Part shown: positions 8,398 through 19,100 of the stretch, one piece after another
Position numbering within the stretch: position 1 is the stretch's first letter
Layout: every line of letters starts with the position of its first letter
Sequence record: DRR723986_5306
Direction: 5' to 3' (one strand)
Length of the DNA stretch: 64,000 nt
The notes under the pieces: generated by a model
Seen by the model: only the letters and a program-made list of their open reading frames with translations
Told to the model about the DNA's origin: nothing
Database searches by the model: none
Program-made: the position numbers and the translations under genes

Positions 8398-11217
8398 ATG
8401 AGTGATTACAAGCACACCCTGAACCTGCCAAAAACGGATTTTGCCATGAAGGCAAATTTGGCGAATCGTGAGCCGCAAGCGTTAAAGCGCTGGTACGACG
8501 AGGACTACTACGGCCAGATTCGCCGCGCGCGCGCCGGGCGGGAAAAGTTTGTACTGCACGATGGCCCTCCGTATGCCAACGGCGATATCCATATCGGCCA
8601 TGCGGTTAATAAAATCCTGAAAGATATGATCGTTAAGTCTCGCACGCTAAGCGGCTTCGATGCCCCCTATGTGCCGGGCTGGGACTGTCACGGCTTGCCG
8701 ATCGAGCTCAATGTCGAGAAAAAAGTGGGCAAGGTCGGGCGCAAGGTTGACGCCGCCACTTTTCGTCAGAAGTGTCGCGACTATGCCTACAAGCAGGTCG
8801 ATGGCCAACGAGAGGGTTTTAAGCGGCTCGGTGTGCTGGGTGATTGGGAAAACCCCTACCTGACGATGAGCTTCGACTTTGAAGCCAATATCATTCGCGC
8901 CCTGGGTAAAATTGTTGAAAACGGCCACCTGCACAAGGGTTTCAAACCCGTGCATTGGTGTATGGACTGCGGCTCGGCGCTGGCCGAAGCCGAGGTGGAG
9001 TACAAAGACAAGACGTCGCCGGCGATTGATGTGCTGTTCCCGGTGGTGGACGCCGCGGATGCTCGCCAGCGCTGCGGGCTTGCCGATAGCGCTGACGGCG
9101 CAATGAACCTGGTGATTTGGACCACAACGCCGTGGACCATTCCGGCGAATATGGCTGTGTGCCTGCATGCCGAGCTGGACTACGTTTGGTTGTCCTATCA
9201 ACGAGACGGCAACGCAGAGTTACTGCTGGTTGCTGAGGCCCTGCAGGAGTCCGTGACGAAGAGAGCGGGTATTACCGATTACGCGGTGGTTGGCCAGTGC
9301 AAAGGAGCAGCGTTGGAGAACCTCGCTCTGCAGCACCCCTTGTATGCGCGCCAGGTCCCGGTGATTTTGGGTGAGCACGTCACCACTGATGCGGGTACCG
9401 GCGCAGTGCACACCGCGCCAGCCCACGGCCAAGATGACTTTGTTGTCGGTCAGAAATATGGCTTGGATGTGTACAACCCCGTTGCGGCCAATGGTACCTA
9501 CATCGAAGGTACGGAATTATTCGCCGGTCAGCATGTGTTTAAAGCTAACGAACAGGTGATCGCGGCACTGCAAGAGCGCGGTAGCTTGTTGCACAACGAG
9601 TCCTACGAGCACAGCTATCCGCATTGCTGGCGGCATAAATCGCCAATCATCTTTCGCGCGACCCCGCAGTGGTTTATCAGCATGAAGCAGGGCGGCCTGC
9701 TCGACAAAGCCATGGCCGAAGTGGATGCGGTGAACTGGATGCCAGGCTGGGGCCGGGCGCGTATTGAGTCGATGATGGGTGAGCGGCCCGACTGGTGTAT
9801 CTCGCGTCAGCGTACCTGGGGCGCACCCATCGCCCTGTTTGTTCATAAAGAAAGCGCTGAACTGCATCCGCGAACGCCAGAACTGATAGAGCAGATTGCC
9901 GAGCGGGTGGAGCAGGGGGGCATTCAGGCCTGGTTTGACCTGGACGCTGCCGAGCTGCTGGGAGACGAGGCGCAGAGCTACGATAAGGTCGCGGATACCC
10001 TCGATGTATGGTTTGACTCCGGTGTTACGCACTACGCCGTATTGGCGCAGCGTGAGGAGCTGGCCTTCCCCGCAGATTTGTACCTTGAAGGCTCTGACCA
10101 GCACCGCGGCTGGTTCCAGTCCTCGATGCTCACTTCGGTGGCAGCGCAGGGCTGCGCGCCCTATAAGTCAGTGCTGACACATGGCTTCACGGTGGATGCC
10201 AACGGGAGAAAAATGTCCAAGTCCTTGGGCAATGTGGTGGCGCCACAGGAAGTGATGAATAAGCTGGGCGCAGACATTCTCCGTCTTTGGGTGGCGGCGA
10301 CCGACTACCGCAATGAGATGACGGTATCGGATGAGATATTTAAACGCACCGCCGATTCCTACCGGCGCATCCGCAACACCGCGCGCTTCCTGCTTGCCAA
10401 TATGGCGGGTTTCGAGCCGGGTGAGCATGCGCTGGCCAGCGACGAGATGCTCGCGCTGGATAAGTGGATCGTCCATCGCGCTGCGGTTTTGCAAGATGAA
10501 CTGCTGGCCGCCTACGATGCTTATCAATTCCACGTGGTATACCAAAAGTTGCACAACTTCTGTGTGCTGGAGTTGGGCGGCTTCTATTTGGATATTATCA
10601 AAGACCGCCAGTACACCACGCCGGAAAACAGCCAGTCGCGGCGTTCGGCGCAAACGGCGCTGTACCACATTGCCGAGGCGCTGACGCGCTGGATCGCGCC
10701 GATTCTCAGCTTTACCGCCGACGAGTTGTGGCAGGTTCTGCCCGGCGAGCACCAAGGGCCGGTATTTGCCGCTGAATGGTACCAGGGCCTGCAAAAACTC
10801 TCGGACGATGACGAGATGGGCGACGCCTTTTGGCAGCGTGTGCAGAGCGTGAAAACGGCGGTCAATAAAGTGCTGGAAAACGCGCGTAACGAGGGCATTG
10901 TGGGCGGCTCCCTGCAGGCTGAAGTGACGCTGTTTTGTGACGATGAATTGATCGAGACGCTGTCGGCGCTCGGTGATGAGCTGCGCTTTGTGTTGATCAC
11001 CTCTTCAGCCATGCTCGCACCGATTTCCGCGGCGAACGAGGCTGAGACGACAGAGCTGGAGGGCTTACAGGTACGCGTTGGCGCCAGTGAAGGCATGAAA
11101 TGTACGCGCTGCTGGCACTATCGCGAAGACGTTGGTCAGTCGACGACGCATCCAGAACTGTGTTTCCGCTGTATAGATAACGTCGATGGTGATGGTGAGG
11201 TCCGCCACTATGCCTAA
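8398..11217 (+). CDS. ileS: Isoleucine--tRNA ligase
   Basis: [38 protein letters not shown]-terminal Zn finger CTRC...CFRC. Confidence 0.98.
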   Translation: MSDYKHTLNLPKTDFAMKANLANREPQALKRWYDEDYYGQIRRARAGREKFVLHDGPPYANGDIHIGHAVNKILKDMIVKSRTLSGFDAPYVPGWDCHGLPIELNVEKKVGKVGRKVDAATFRQKCRDYAYKQVDGQREGFKRLGVLGDWENPYLTMSFDFEANIIRALGKIVENGHLHKGFKPVHWCMDCGSALAEAEVEYKDKTSPAIDVLFPVVDAADARQRCGLADSADGAMNLVIWTTTPWTIPANMAVCLHAELDYVWLSYQRDGNAELLLVAEALQESVTKRAGITDYAVVGQCKGAALENLALQHPLYARQVPVILGEHVTTDAGTGAVHTAPAHGQDDFVVGQKYGLDVYNPVAANGTYIEGTELFAGQHVFKANEQVIAALQERGSLLHNESYEHSYPHCWRHKSPIIFRATPQWFISMKQGGLLDKAMAEVDAVNWMPGWGRARIESMMGERPDWCISRQRTWGAPIALFVHKESAELHPRTPELIEQIAERVEQGGIQAWFDLDAAELLGDEAQSYDKVADTLDVWFDSGVTHYAVLAQREELAFPADLYLEGSDQHRGWFQSSMLTSVAAQGCAPYKSVLTHGFTVDANGRKMSKSLGNVVAPQEVMNKLGADILRLWVAATDYRNEMTVSDEIFKRTADSYRRIRNTARFLLANMAGFEPGEHALASDEMLALDKWIVHRAAVLQDELLAAYDAYQFHVVYQKLHNFCVLELGGFYLDIIKDRQYTTPENSQSRRSAQTALYHIAEALTRWIAPILSFTADELWQVLPGEHQGPVFAAEWYQGLQKLSDDDEMGDAFWQRVQSVKTAVNKVLENARNEGIVGGSLQAEVTLFCDDELIETLSALGDELRFVLITSSAMLAPISAANEAETTELEGLQVRVGASEGMKCTRCWHYREDVGQSTTHPELCFRCIDNVDGDGEVRHYA

Positions 11218-11716
11218 TAGCGGCGCTGCGCAGCAGCGGCGGGGGCGATTGCTGTGGGTGATATTTGCCGCGGTTATTGTTCTGGTCGATCAAATTACCA
11301 AGGTTTGGGCCGACGCCAGTTTGGTGTATGGGCAGCCAAACCCGGTGTTGCCGGTGCTGGATATTACGCTGCACTACAACCCTGGAGCCGCTTTTAGCTT
11401 TTTGAGCGATGCCGGGGGATGGCAGCGTTGGTTTTTTACCGTTATCTCCGCGGCGGTAAGCGTTTACTTACTTGTGTGGCTAATGAAGCTGCGCCGACAG
11501 CAGTGGCTGTTGTCGATGGCACTGACCTTAGTGCTGGGTGGTGCGCTGGGAAACCTGTGGGACAGGGTTCGCCTCGGCCATGTTATTGATTTTATTTCGG
11601 TGCACTGGGGTAACGTGTATTTCCCCACGTTCAATATTGCCGATGCGGCGATATCGGTGGGTGCCGTGCTGTTAATCATCGATACGTTTATTCATTCAGA
11701 TGCCGGCGACAAGTAA
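11210..11716 (+). CDS. lspA: Lipoprotein signal peptidase II
   Basis: [36 protein letters not shown]. Confidence 0.96.
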   Translation: MPNSGAAQQRRGRLLWVIFAAVIVLVDQITKVWADASLVYGQPNPVLPVLDITLHYNPGAAFSFLSDAGGWQRWFFTVISAAVSVYLLVWLMKLRRQQWLLSMALTLVLGGALGNLWDRVRLGHVIDFISVHWGNVYFPTFNIADAAISVGAVLLIIDTFIHSDAGDK

Positions 11717-11746
11717 GGTCGGCATAGCGCTAACAGAGAAGCGATT

Positions 11747-12208
11747 ATGACTATTGCGATTGGTCCGGGAACCGCCGTCACCCTGCATTTTGCTCTGCTG
11801 ATGGAGGATGGTAGCGAGGTGGACTCCACCTTCGAGCGCAGCCCGGCGAGCTTCGTATTCGGAGACGGTAATTTGCTCCCCGGTGTGGAGGCGAAGCTGC
11901 AAGGCTTAACGGCAGGTCAGCAAGCGACGCTGACACTCGCCCCCGAAGATGCATTCGGCCAGCGCAACCCTGCAAATATCCAGCGTATGCCACGCAGCCA
12001 GTTTGCGGATATTGAACTCAGTGAAGGCCTGGTACTCAATTTTGCTGACGCAGCAAATACTGAGCTTCCCGGCGTGGTAAGCGCGATTGATGATGAGCAG
12101 GTCGAGATTGACTTCAACCACCCCTTGGCGGGGCAACAGCTCGGTTTCCGCGTTGAGATTCTCGACGTGCAGGTCCATGCTGGCGATGAAGAGGCCGGTG
12201 CGGAGTAA
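11747..12208 (+). CDS. fkpB: FKBP-type peptidyl-prolyl isomerase (SlpA/FkpB)
   Basis: VTLHF...DSTF...G.GNLLPGVE...PEDAFG...DFNHPLAG; conserved position between lspA and ispH. Confidence 0.93.
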   Translation: MTIAIGPGTAVTLHFALLMEDGSEVDSTFERSPASFVFGDGNLLPGVEAKLQGLTAGQQATLTLAPEDAFGQRNPANIQRMPRSQFADIELSEGLVLNFADAANTELPGVVSAIDDEQVEIDFNHPLAGQQLGFRVEILDVQVHAGDEEAGAE

Positions 12209-12211
12209 ACC

Positions 12212-13159
12212 ATGAAAATTGTTCTCGCTAACCCCCGCGGGTTCTGTGCTGGTGTGGATCGCGCTATCGAGATCGTGAATCGCGCCCTGGATGTGTTTGG
12301 CTCACCAATCTACGTGCGCCACGAAGTTGTTCACAACAAGTTTGTTGTTGAGAATCTTCGGCAGCGAGGTGCCATATTCGTCGATGAGCTGGATGAAGTG
12401 CCCGACGACAAAATCGTGATTTTCAGCGCTCATGGTGTCTCCAAAGCAGTTAGGAACGAGGCAGCGCGCCGGGGCTTGAAGGTATTTGACGCGACGTGCC
12501 CGCTGGTGACCAAGGTTCATATGGAAGTGGTCAACTACAGCAACGCCGGGCGCGAATGTGTACTGATCGGCCACAAGGGCCACCCGGAAGTTGAGGGAAC
12601 GATGGGGCAGTACGACGTTAGCCAAGGCGGAAATATCTACCTTGTTGAGGATGTTGAGCAAGCGCTCAAGCTCGACGTTAAACAGCCGGAAAAATTGTCA
12701 TTTGTCACGCAAACGACGCTATCCATGGACGATACGGCGGCGGTGATTGATGCCCTGCGGCAGCGCTTCCCCGCTATCGAGGGGCCGCGCAAAGATGACA
12801 TCTGCTACGCCACTCAAAACCGCCAGGATGCGGTGAAAACGCTTGCCCAGCAAGCCGACTTGGTGCTTGTCGTGGGGTCTCCGAACAGTTCTAATTCGAA
12901 TCGCTTACGTGAATTAGCCGAACGCTTTGGCTGTCAGGCACAGCTGATCGACAATGAGAAAGACATACAGCCCCAGTGGCTCAAAGAGGGCTTGCGAATC
13001 GGCATCACTGCCGGGGCCTCGGCGCCTGAAATACTGGTGAAAGCCGTGATCGACAGGCTCTGTGAGTTGGGCGCGTCAGCCCCCGAGGAGCTTGAGGGGC
13101 GCGCAGAAAATATTACTTTTTCCCTGCCTCGCGAACTGCGTTGGGTTGAGGCCAATTAA
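12212..13159 (+). CDS. ispH: 4-hydroxy-3-methylbut-2-enyl diphosphate reductase
   Basis: [47 protein letters not shown]. Confidence 0.98.
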   Translation: MKIVLANPRGFCAGVDRAIEIVNRALDVFGSPIYVRHEVVHNKFVVENLRQRGAIFVDELDEVPDDKIVIFSAHGVSKAVRNEAARRGLKVFDATCPLVTKVHMEVVNYSNAGRECVLIGHKGHPEVEGTMGQYDVSQGGNIYLVEDVEQALKLDVKQPEKLSFVTQTTLSMDDTAAVIDALRQRFPAIEGPRKDDICYATQNRQDAVKTLAQQADLVLVVGSPNSSNSNRLRELAERFGCQAQLIDNEKDIQPQWLKEGLRIGITAGASAPEILVKAVIDRLCELGASAPEELEGRAENITFSLPRELRWVEAN

Positions 13160-13187
13160 GCCCTAGAGCCATCGCCAGTGCTCGCCG

Positions 13188-13688
13188 CTACTTACCACAG
13201 CGGGACTCTGCCCTGCGAATTCGTCCGCCAATACTGATGACGAGCTGCCGGCCTTCTTCGCCTGTGCTAGGGCATATCGTCAGTGTCCCCACCTGAAAGG
13301 CATTACTCTTGAGATGCGCGCTGCCGTCTGGCCGGTAGCTGATGTAGTGGCTCACGTGGCGGTTGCCCAATGCATCGACCCCGCCTAGCGGGGGAATAGT
13401 GCGAAGGATTTCTTCATCGGCACTGCGTTCGCCATTGCTGTCTGCGTCGACATAGATAATTGCGCCGTGACTCCAATGGCCGTCAGTATTGTTAATGCTA
13501 ACGGTCTGCTCAAGATAAATGGCTTGTTCGCGCGCAAATTGGGCGGCGGAATGCAGCGTGTTGGTGGCGTGGCTCAGCTGTTGCTGACGCGCAAAGCGCT
13601 GCAGTGAAGGTGCCGCACCAGCGCCGATAACGGCGGCGATACTGAGCGTCACCATCAACTCGATAAGTGTCTTTCCCTGTTCATACAT
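13188..13688 (-). CDS. fimT: GspH/FimT family minor pilin (FimT)
   Basis: Class III signal G|KTLIELMV with E5, GspH-like globular domain, C-terminal GRIR motif; start moved to ATG 13688. Confidence 0.8.
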   Translation of the reverse strand: MYEQGKTLIELMVTLSIAAVIGAGAAPSLQRFARQQQLSHATNTLHSAAQFAREQAIYLEQTVSINNTDGHWSHGAIIYVDADSNGERSADEEILRTIPPLGGVDALGNRHVSHYISYRPDGSAHLKSNAFQVGTLTICPSTGEEGRQLVISIGGRIRRAESRCGK

Positions 13689-14147
13689 CTTGGAATCCTT
13701 TCCAGTCCGTAGTGTTAGCTTTAGTTCACGGATGCATTTTTTGCAATGTCTCACAATTGGCTACTATGTCACTAGGCTGCGGAATTTGCGTATTAACTAC
13801 GCTGCTTGCATCGCGTATCCTCCTTAAAAGCCCGGAGTCTGTGTTGGTGATCACCAATATTTGGGGGCAGGGCGCTAACTGTGGTTTCGTGCATGCTTTT
13901 GAGTATGAGTGCTTGCAAGTTGTTGCATCACTCCATAGTGTTGACGCAGGCATATGTGGTCTACTAATCGTAGCGCCAATGTGCTCCATCGCTTGGGTAA
14001 AAATTGCAGAAAGAACAACAATAATATGAGAACCAGTAGTGTCGGGGTAAGCCCAATAAAGGGTTCAACAGCGAACCCGGAACGCATCATTTGGCCTTTT
14101 CAATGTGGCCCGTGGCGCCGGGATGTCTTACAACTTGAGGCGTGTCG

Positions 14148-14594
14148 ATGAAAGAACTGGCAAAGACCCAACAGGGCGCGACCCTTATCGAAGTGCTCGT
14201 TGCTCTATTGATTACCGCAATTGGTGTGATGGGTGCAGCAGCCATGCAGTTAAATTCGGTGAAGTTCAACCAGACAGCAAAATTTCGTTCCAATGCAGTG
14301 TTTCTTGCCAATGATATTAGCGACCGGCTGCGAGCGAATAGGGCCGCAGCGCTAAATGGAGACTACGACCTTGCTATGGATGATGATGCCCCGACTGGTA
14401 GTAGTGTCGTTGCTGTGGATCTTTCAGACTGGCTGAGTGAGGTCGCTCAACGGCTTCCCAGCGGTGATGGCGCGGTGATTCGCGATGGCGGACGCTTTAC
14501 TGTTCGCCTGCAGTGGAATGAAGGGCGTCTCAGCGAAACGAGAGAGTCCGGCAGTGGCGACATGCAGAGTTTTGATTTTGTGACGGAGCTCTAA
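14148..14594 (+). CDS. pilV: Type IV pilus minor pilin PilV
   Basis: QQG|ATLIEVLVALLI, A.FLANDISDRLRAN, DL.DWL...LPSG.G. Confidence 0.9.
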   Translation: MKELAKTQQGATLIEVLVALLITAIGVMGAAAMQLNSVKFNQTAKFRSNAVFLANDISDRLRANRAAALNGDYDLAMDDDAPTGSSVVAVDLSDWLSEVAQRLPSGDGAVIRDGGRFTVRLQWNEGRLSETRESGSGDMQSFDFVTEL

Positions 14595-14598
14595 ACGA

Positions 14599-15618
14599 GT
14601 GTATAGATACAGGGGCTTCGGCCTTATTGAATTAATGATTGCGATCACACTGGGCTTGATTCTCAGTACGGCAATTATTCAGGTATTTCTCGCTTCTAGA
14701 ACGACTTATCAAGTTCAGGAGTCTTTGTCGATGATTCAAGAGAATGCACGATTTGGCATGCATTTTATGGGCAAAGAGATTCGTATGTCGGGATACATGG
14801 GGTGTAACTCAGTCGGCAATATCGAGGTCAATGTCATTGCCAAGCCTGCCAGTGCTGTCGATTTTTTGCCATTGCAGGGCGAGGATGATGTCGCGAAAAG
14901 TAACGACTTCAACGCGCTGGTCGGTACAGACACGCTAGAGATAAAGCGCGGTTCAGATGACGCGGTGACCTTAACGGGAAACCTGGCGCCCAGTAACTCG
15001 AGCATTCAAATTGAGGATAACACTTACAACATTGTTAAGAATGACTATGTGTTGGTATCAGACTGTACCTCTGCTGATGTATTTCGGGTGACCAATACTC
15101 CCAAAGAAGCGGGTAAGGGTACAACGTCGCTAGATCATGGCAGTGCCGCGAATTCTAGTAATCGCCTCAGCAAAATTTACGGCGGTGATTCAGAGGTTTT
15201 TGGTTTCCAGACGACGCGCTTTTTTATTCGAGATAGTGGTCGTGACACGGCTGGAGGGCAGCCTATTTACAGCTTGTATAGTCAACAGCGCTCGCTGGGA
15301 AGTGGCGGAGCGATGGGCGCGGCAGTTGAGCTGATAGAGGGCGTGGAAAACTTGCAACTGGAGTATGGAATAGATTCCGACGGTGATCGCGCTATCAATA
15401 GATATGTTAAAGCGCCAGCGGTTGCTGATTGGAATACTGTGGTGAGTGTTCGAGTAGAGTTGACGCTAGCCGCGAACGACGTAGGCGTTGTCGGACGAAG
15501 CGGCCAAGCTGATGCCCAGAGTGTATACGATACCTCGGGGCAGCTTATCGACAATACGGATGGTCGTATGCGCCAGGTTTTTTCTTCGGTGTTTGCTGTA
15601 AGGAATCGGCTGCCATGA
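14599..15618 (+). CDS. pilW: Type IV pilus minor pilin PilW
   Basis: G|FGLIELMIA, QENARF...IRMSGY.GC, ELIEGVENLQLEYG.D, C-terminal RN. Confidence 0.9.
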   Translation: MYRYRGFGLIELMIAITLGLILSTAIIQVFLASRTTYQVQESLSMIQENARFGMHFMGKEIRMSGYMGCNSVGNIEVNVIAKPASAVDFLPLQGEDDVAKSNDFNALVGTDTLEIKRGSDDAVTLTGNLAPSNSSIQIEDNTYNIVKNDYVLVSDCTSADVFRVTNTPKEAGKGTTSLDHGSAANSSNRLSKIYGGDSEVFGFQTTRFFIRDSGRDTAGGQPIYSLYSQQRSLGSGGAMGAAVELIEGVENLQLEYGIDSDGDRAINRYVKAPAVADWNTVVSVRVELTLAANDVGVVGRSGQADAQSVYDTSGQLIDNTDGRMRQVFSSVFAVRNRLP

Positions 15619-16139
15619 CTAGGCGACATGAACAACGCGGCGCAGTATTGATTGTCGCGCTTATTTTTACCTCAATCCTCACTGTACTCGGTGTTGGCGC
15701 AATGCGCAGTTCTACGTTGCAGGAGCGAATGGCTGGGAACAACAAAGATATAAATGTCGCTTTTCAGGCTGCAGAAGTCGCTATTCGGGAGGCCGAGGCA
15801 ACCATGCCCGGTCTCTCCAGTGCTGACTTTGACGGTACAAACGGGATGTATCTTTCATGCCCGGATCCATCAGACAGTCGTCAAGCCTGCTCAGAACCGG
15901 ACTGGAAAACCAAGACCTCGACGGGGTGGGCGGTGGTTGGTGAGAAAGTCGACGATGTGAGCCGGCAACCAGAATTTATTATTGAGCAGATTAGTGCGAT
16001 GACAGACCCCAACGCAGCATTGGACTCCGACAATACGGTTTCGCTGCTGGGCTTCTATCGTGTTACTGCTCGAGGCTTTGGTCTTAGTGATCGCAGTATG
16101 GTGGTTTTATCGACCACCTATAAGCGCGTTGAAAACTAG
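15615..16139 (+). CDS. pilX: Type IV pilus minor pilin PilX
   Basis: QRG|AVLIVAL without E5, LQERMAGN...AFQAAE, YRVTARG. Confidence 0.9.
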   Translation: MTRRHEQRGAVLIVALIFTSILTVLGVGAMRSSTLQERMAGNNKDINVAFQAAEVAIREAEATMPGLSSADFDGTNGMYLSCPDPSDSRQACSEPDWKTKTSTGWAVVGEKVDDVSRQPEFIIEQISAMTDPNAALDSDNTVSLLGFYRVTARGFGLSDRSMVVLSTTYKRVEN

Positions 16140-16150
16140 TAGGTACTGAT

Positions 16151-19100
16151 ATGGTCTTTCGAAGAGTAAGTATTTTACCGAGCTTTCTAGTGATCCTTGC
16201 ACTATTTGGTGCCGCAGAAGCGGTCGCGCAAAGCTGTACTATTCAGGAGAAAACGACGCGTTTTTTAGGGAAAAACAAGCAAAATGACCCCTATACGTTC
16301 TCAACGTTAGAGAGCATCAGCAGTGTTGTAGGAATAGAGCTCAAAAACTCAAAAAACCACTACTGCGACGCCAGTTCATATGTGATTAACGCAAATATAC
16401 TGACCGTTAAGAAAAACAAAGGCAAAGATAAAAAGTGTAAGGCGAAGTTCACCGTAGAGGGGAAAAAGAAAGGCTGTACTGATAGCACGCCAGCCAATGA
16501 AATTGCCCAAAGCCCGCTCTTCTTAGCTCAAAATGCAGAGCCCAATGTGATGTATCTATTGGATGATTCGGGCTCCATGCAATTCGAACTAATGCCGGGA
16601 GAGATTATCGGCGGCAGTGCGCGATACATCTTTCCACGGGCGAACGGTATTTATGGTAGCTCTGATTATTCCAACTATGTACCCACAGTAGCGAATAATA
16701 GCCCCTACAATGCGCGCAGCCGCTCGCCGCAAGTCAATACAATATATTATGACCCCTCTACAACATACTCCCCTTGGATAAAGGCGGATGGCAGTCGCTA
16801 CCCGGACGCAAACGTAAAGTGTGCTCCTCATAACCCGGAAACCAGTGGTAGCTCAAACAACCGCTCTAACTGTCGAGATCTCACGTCAACGAATAGCAAT
16901 TACAACTCAAATAGTTGGGTGAACTGCAATAAAAGTGGTAGTTGTTCGCGCGACAGTAATACCCGCAATTTTTGGCCTGCGACCTATTTTTGGTACAAGG
17001 GCAGTGGCGATATGTGGTCATGGAGCAGCTACGAAAAAGTAGAAATTCGCTCGGGGCGGTCCTATACCGGTCATGGCAGAAGCGAGCGTGATGACTGTGC
17101 TGATGCTGGGAGCGCTACCTGTACCTACGATGAAGAAATACAGAACTTTGCCAATTGGTATAGTTATTATCGCTCACGGGTATCGGCGGCCCGTGCGGGG
17201 TCCGGTTTAGCATTTGCCGAGCAAGGTGCCAATTTGAGGGTGGGCTTTGGCAGCCTTAACTCCTCAAGTCAGTCGATAGATGGTGTGTCGACCAGCGTGC
17301 TTCGCAAAGGTGTGAGAACCTTTGAAGGCAGTGACAGAGAGGCGTTTTTTGACGAATTGTACGGCTTAACGATACCGGCCGCGGGAACTCCGCTTCGCAA
17401 TGCCTTGAATGCGGCCGGTAAATACTACATGCGCAAAGACTCAAAAGGCCCTTGGTCTGAGCGCCCTGGTACGAATGACAGCACTCCGGATCTGGAGTGT
17501 CGTCGAAATTATTCGGTGCTGGTGACCGATGGCTATTGGTCAGGTAGCGATGTGAGCGGTGATCCCGGCAAGAATAATGATGGCTCGAATAACCCGAGTC
17601 ATTCGTCGCCCACGGGTAACAGCTATACCTATAAAGCCGCGTCGCCGTTTTCCGACAGCCGAGACGATACCTTGGCAGATGTTGCCATGTACTACTGGAA
17701 AAATGATTTGCGCAACGACCTCGATAACGTTGTGCCTGTTACAAAAGGGAACCCGGCTTTTTGGCAGCATATGGTGACCTTTGGCGTTGGCTTAGGGGTG
17801 ACGGGAACGATAGACCCGGATACCGCCTTTGCTGCGATTGAGAGCGGCGCATCAATTTCATGGCCCAACCCCACCAGTGCGGATCAGCATAAAATCGATG
17901 ATCTGCTTCATGCGGCGGTTAATTCACGCGGCGGTTTTTTTAGTGCGGCTGACCCCGGTACGTTTGCCGATGAGTTGTCGGATGCTCTGCAAGTCATTGC
18001 TAACGAAGCCAAGTCTTCTGCATCGGCCATTGCGGCAAACTCTACACGTCTGGATTCAGGCACCTTGGTCTATCAAGCCAGCTTTAACAGCTTGGATTGG
18101 AGCGGCAGGATGGTCGCCTACAAGGTGAATGATGATGGCACGCTGGGCGATGTGAAGTGGGATAGTCAAAAAGACAGTTATGGAGCGGTATCGTCTCGCA
18201 AGGTGTTCACTGCGGTGGGCGCGCCGGGAGCATTGACCACAACCGCGGTTGATTTTTCCACGTCGTCCTGGTCGTTGCTAGATACAACTCAGCGCGATGC
18301 GCTTCGCAATGGCGGTAGCAATGCCGACGGCCAGCTGCTTCTGAATTGGCTGCGAGGTGATCGCAGCCAGGAAGGGAAAGCATTTAGAAGTCGCGGCGCA
18401 ATACTGGGCGATATTGTTAATTCCGACCCAGCCTTTTCAGGAAATCTTGATGACTATGGTTTCCACGTGCTCTCCGGTACAGAGGGCAGCACTTACAGAA
18501 CGTTTTTAAAGTCCAAGAAAGCACGCCCGCCATTCTTAGTCGTTGGGGCGAATGATGGCATGTTGCACGGGTTTCATGCAGATAATGGTAAAGAGTTGTT
18601 CAGCTTTATGCCCGCTGCATCGTATCCGGCAATTGCAGAGCTGGCCGACCCGGATTATCAGCACCGTTACTATGTAGACGGCTCGCCGCGTGTAAGTGAT
18701 GCCTACCTGGCGAATAAGTGGCGCACCGTAACGGTGGCCGCGATGGGGGCCGGTGGGCGGTCAGTCTTTGCGGTGGATGTCACTGACCCAGAAGCGATGA
18801 GTAAGAACAACTTCCTCTGGGAATTTTCAACTTCCAGCAGCGATACCGATAAATTGGGTGTCGCGATGAGTGCGCCCGCCATTGCGCGCCTCGCCGCGGG
18901 TAATCAGTGGGTTGCCGTTTTTGGCAACGGCTATAATTCCGGCGACAACGTAAAATTGTTTATCGTTGATCTGGCCGACGGCAAGTTGTTGAAGGCCATT
19001 GATACCGGGATTACAGGTTCTGGAAATGGCCTTGCTTCCCCCGTGCCTGTCGACGTTGATGGCGACCGCGTAACGGATTTTGTTTATGCCGGGGATTTGC

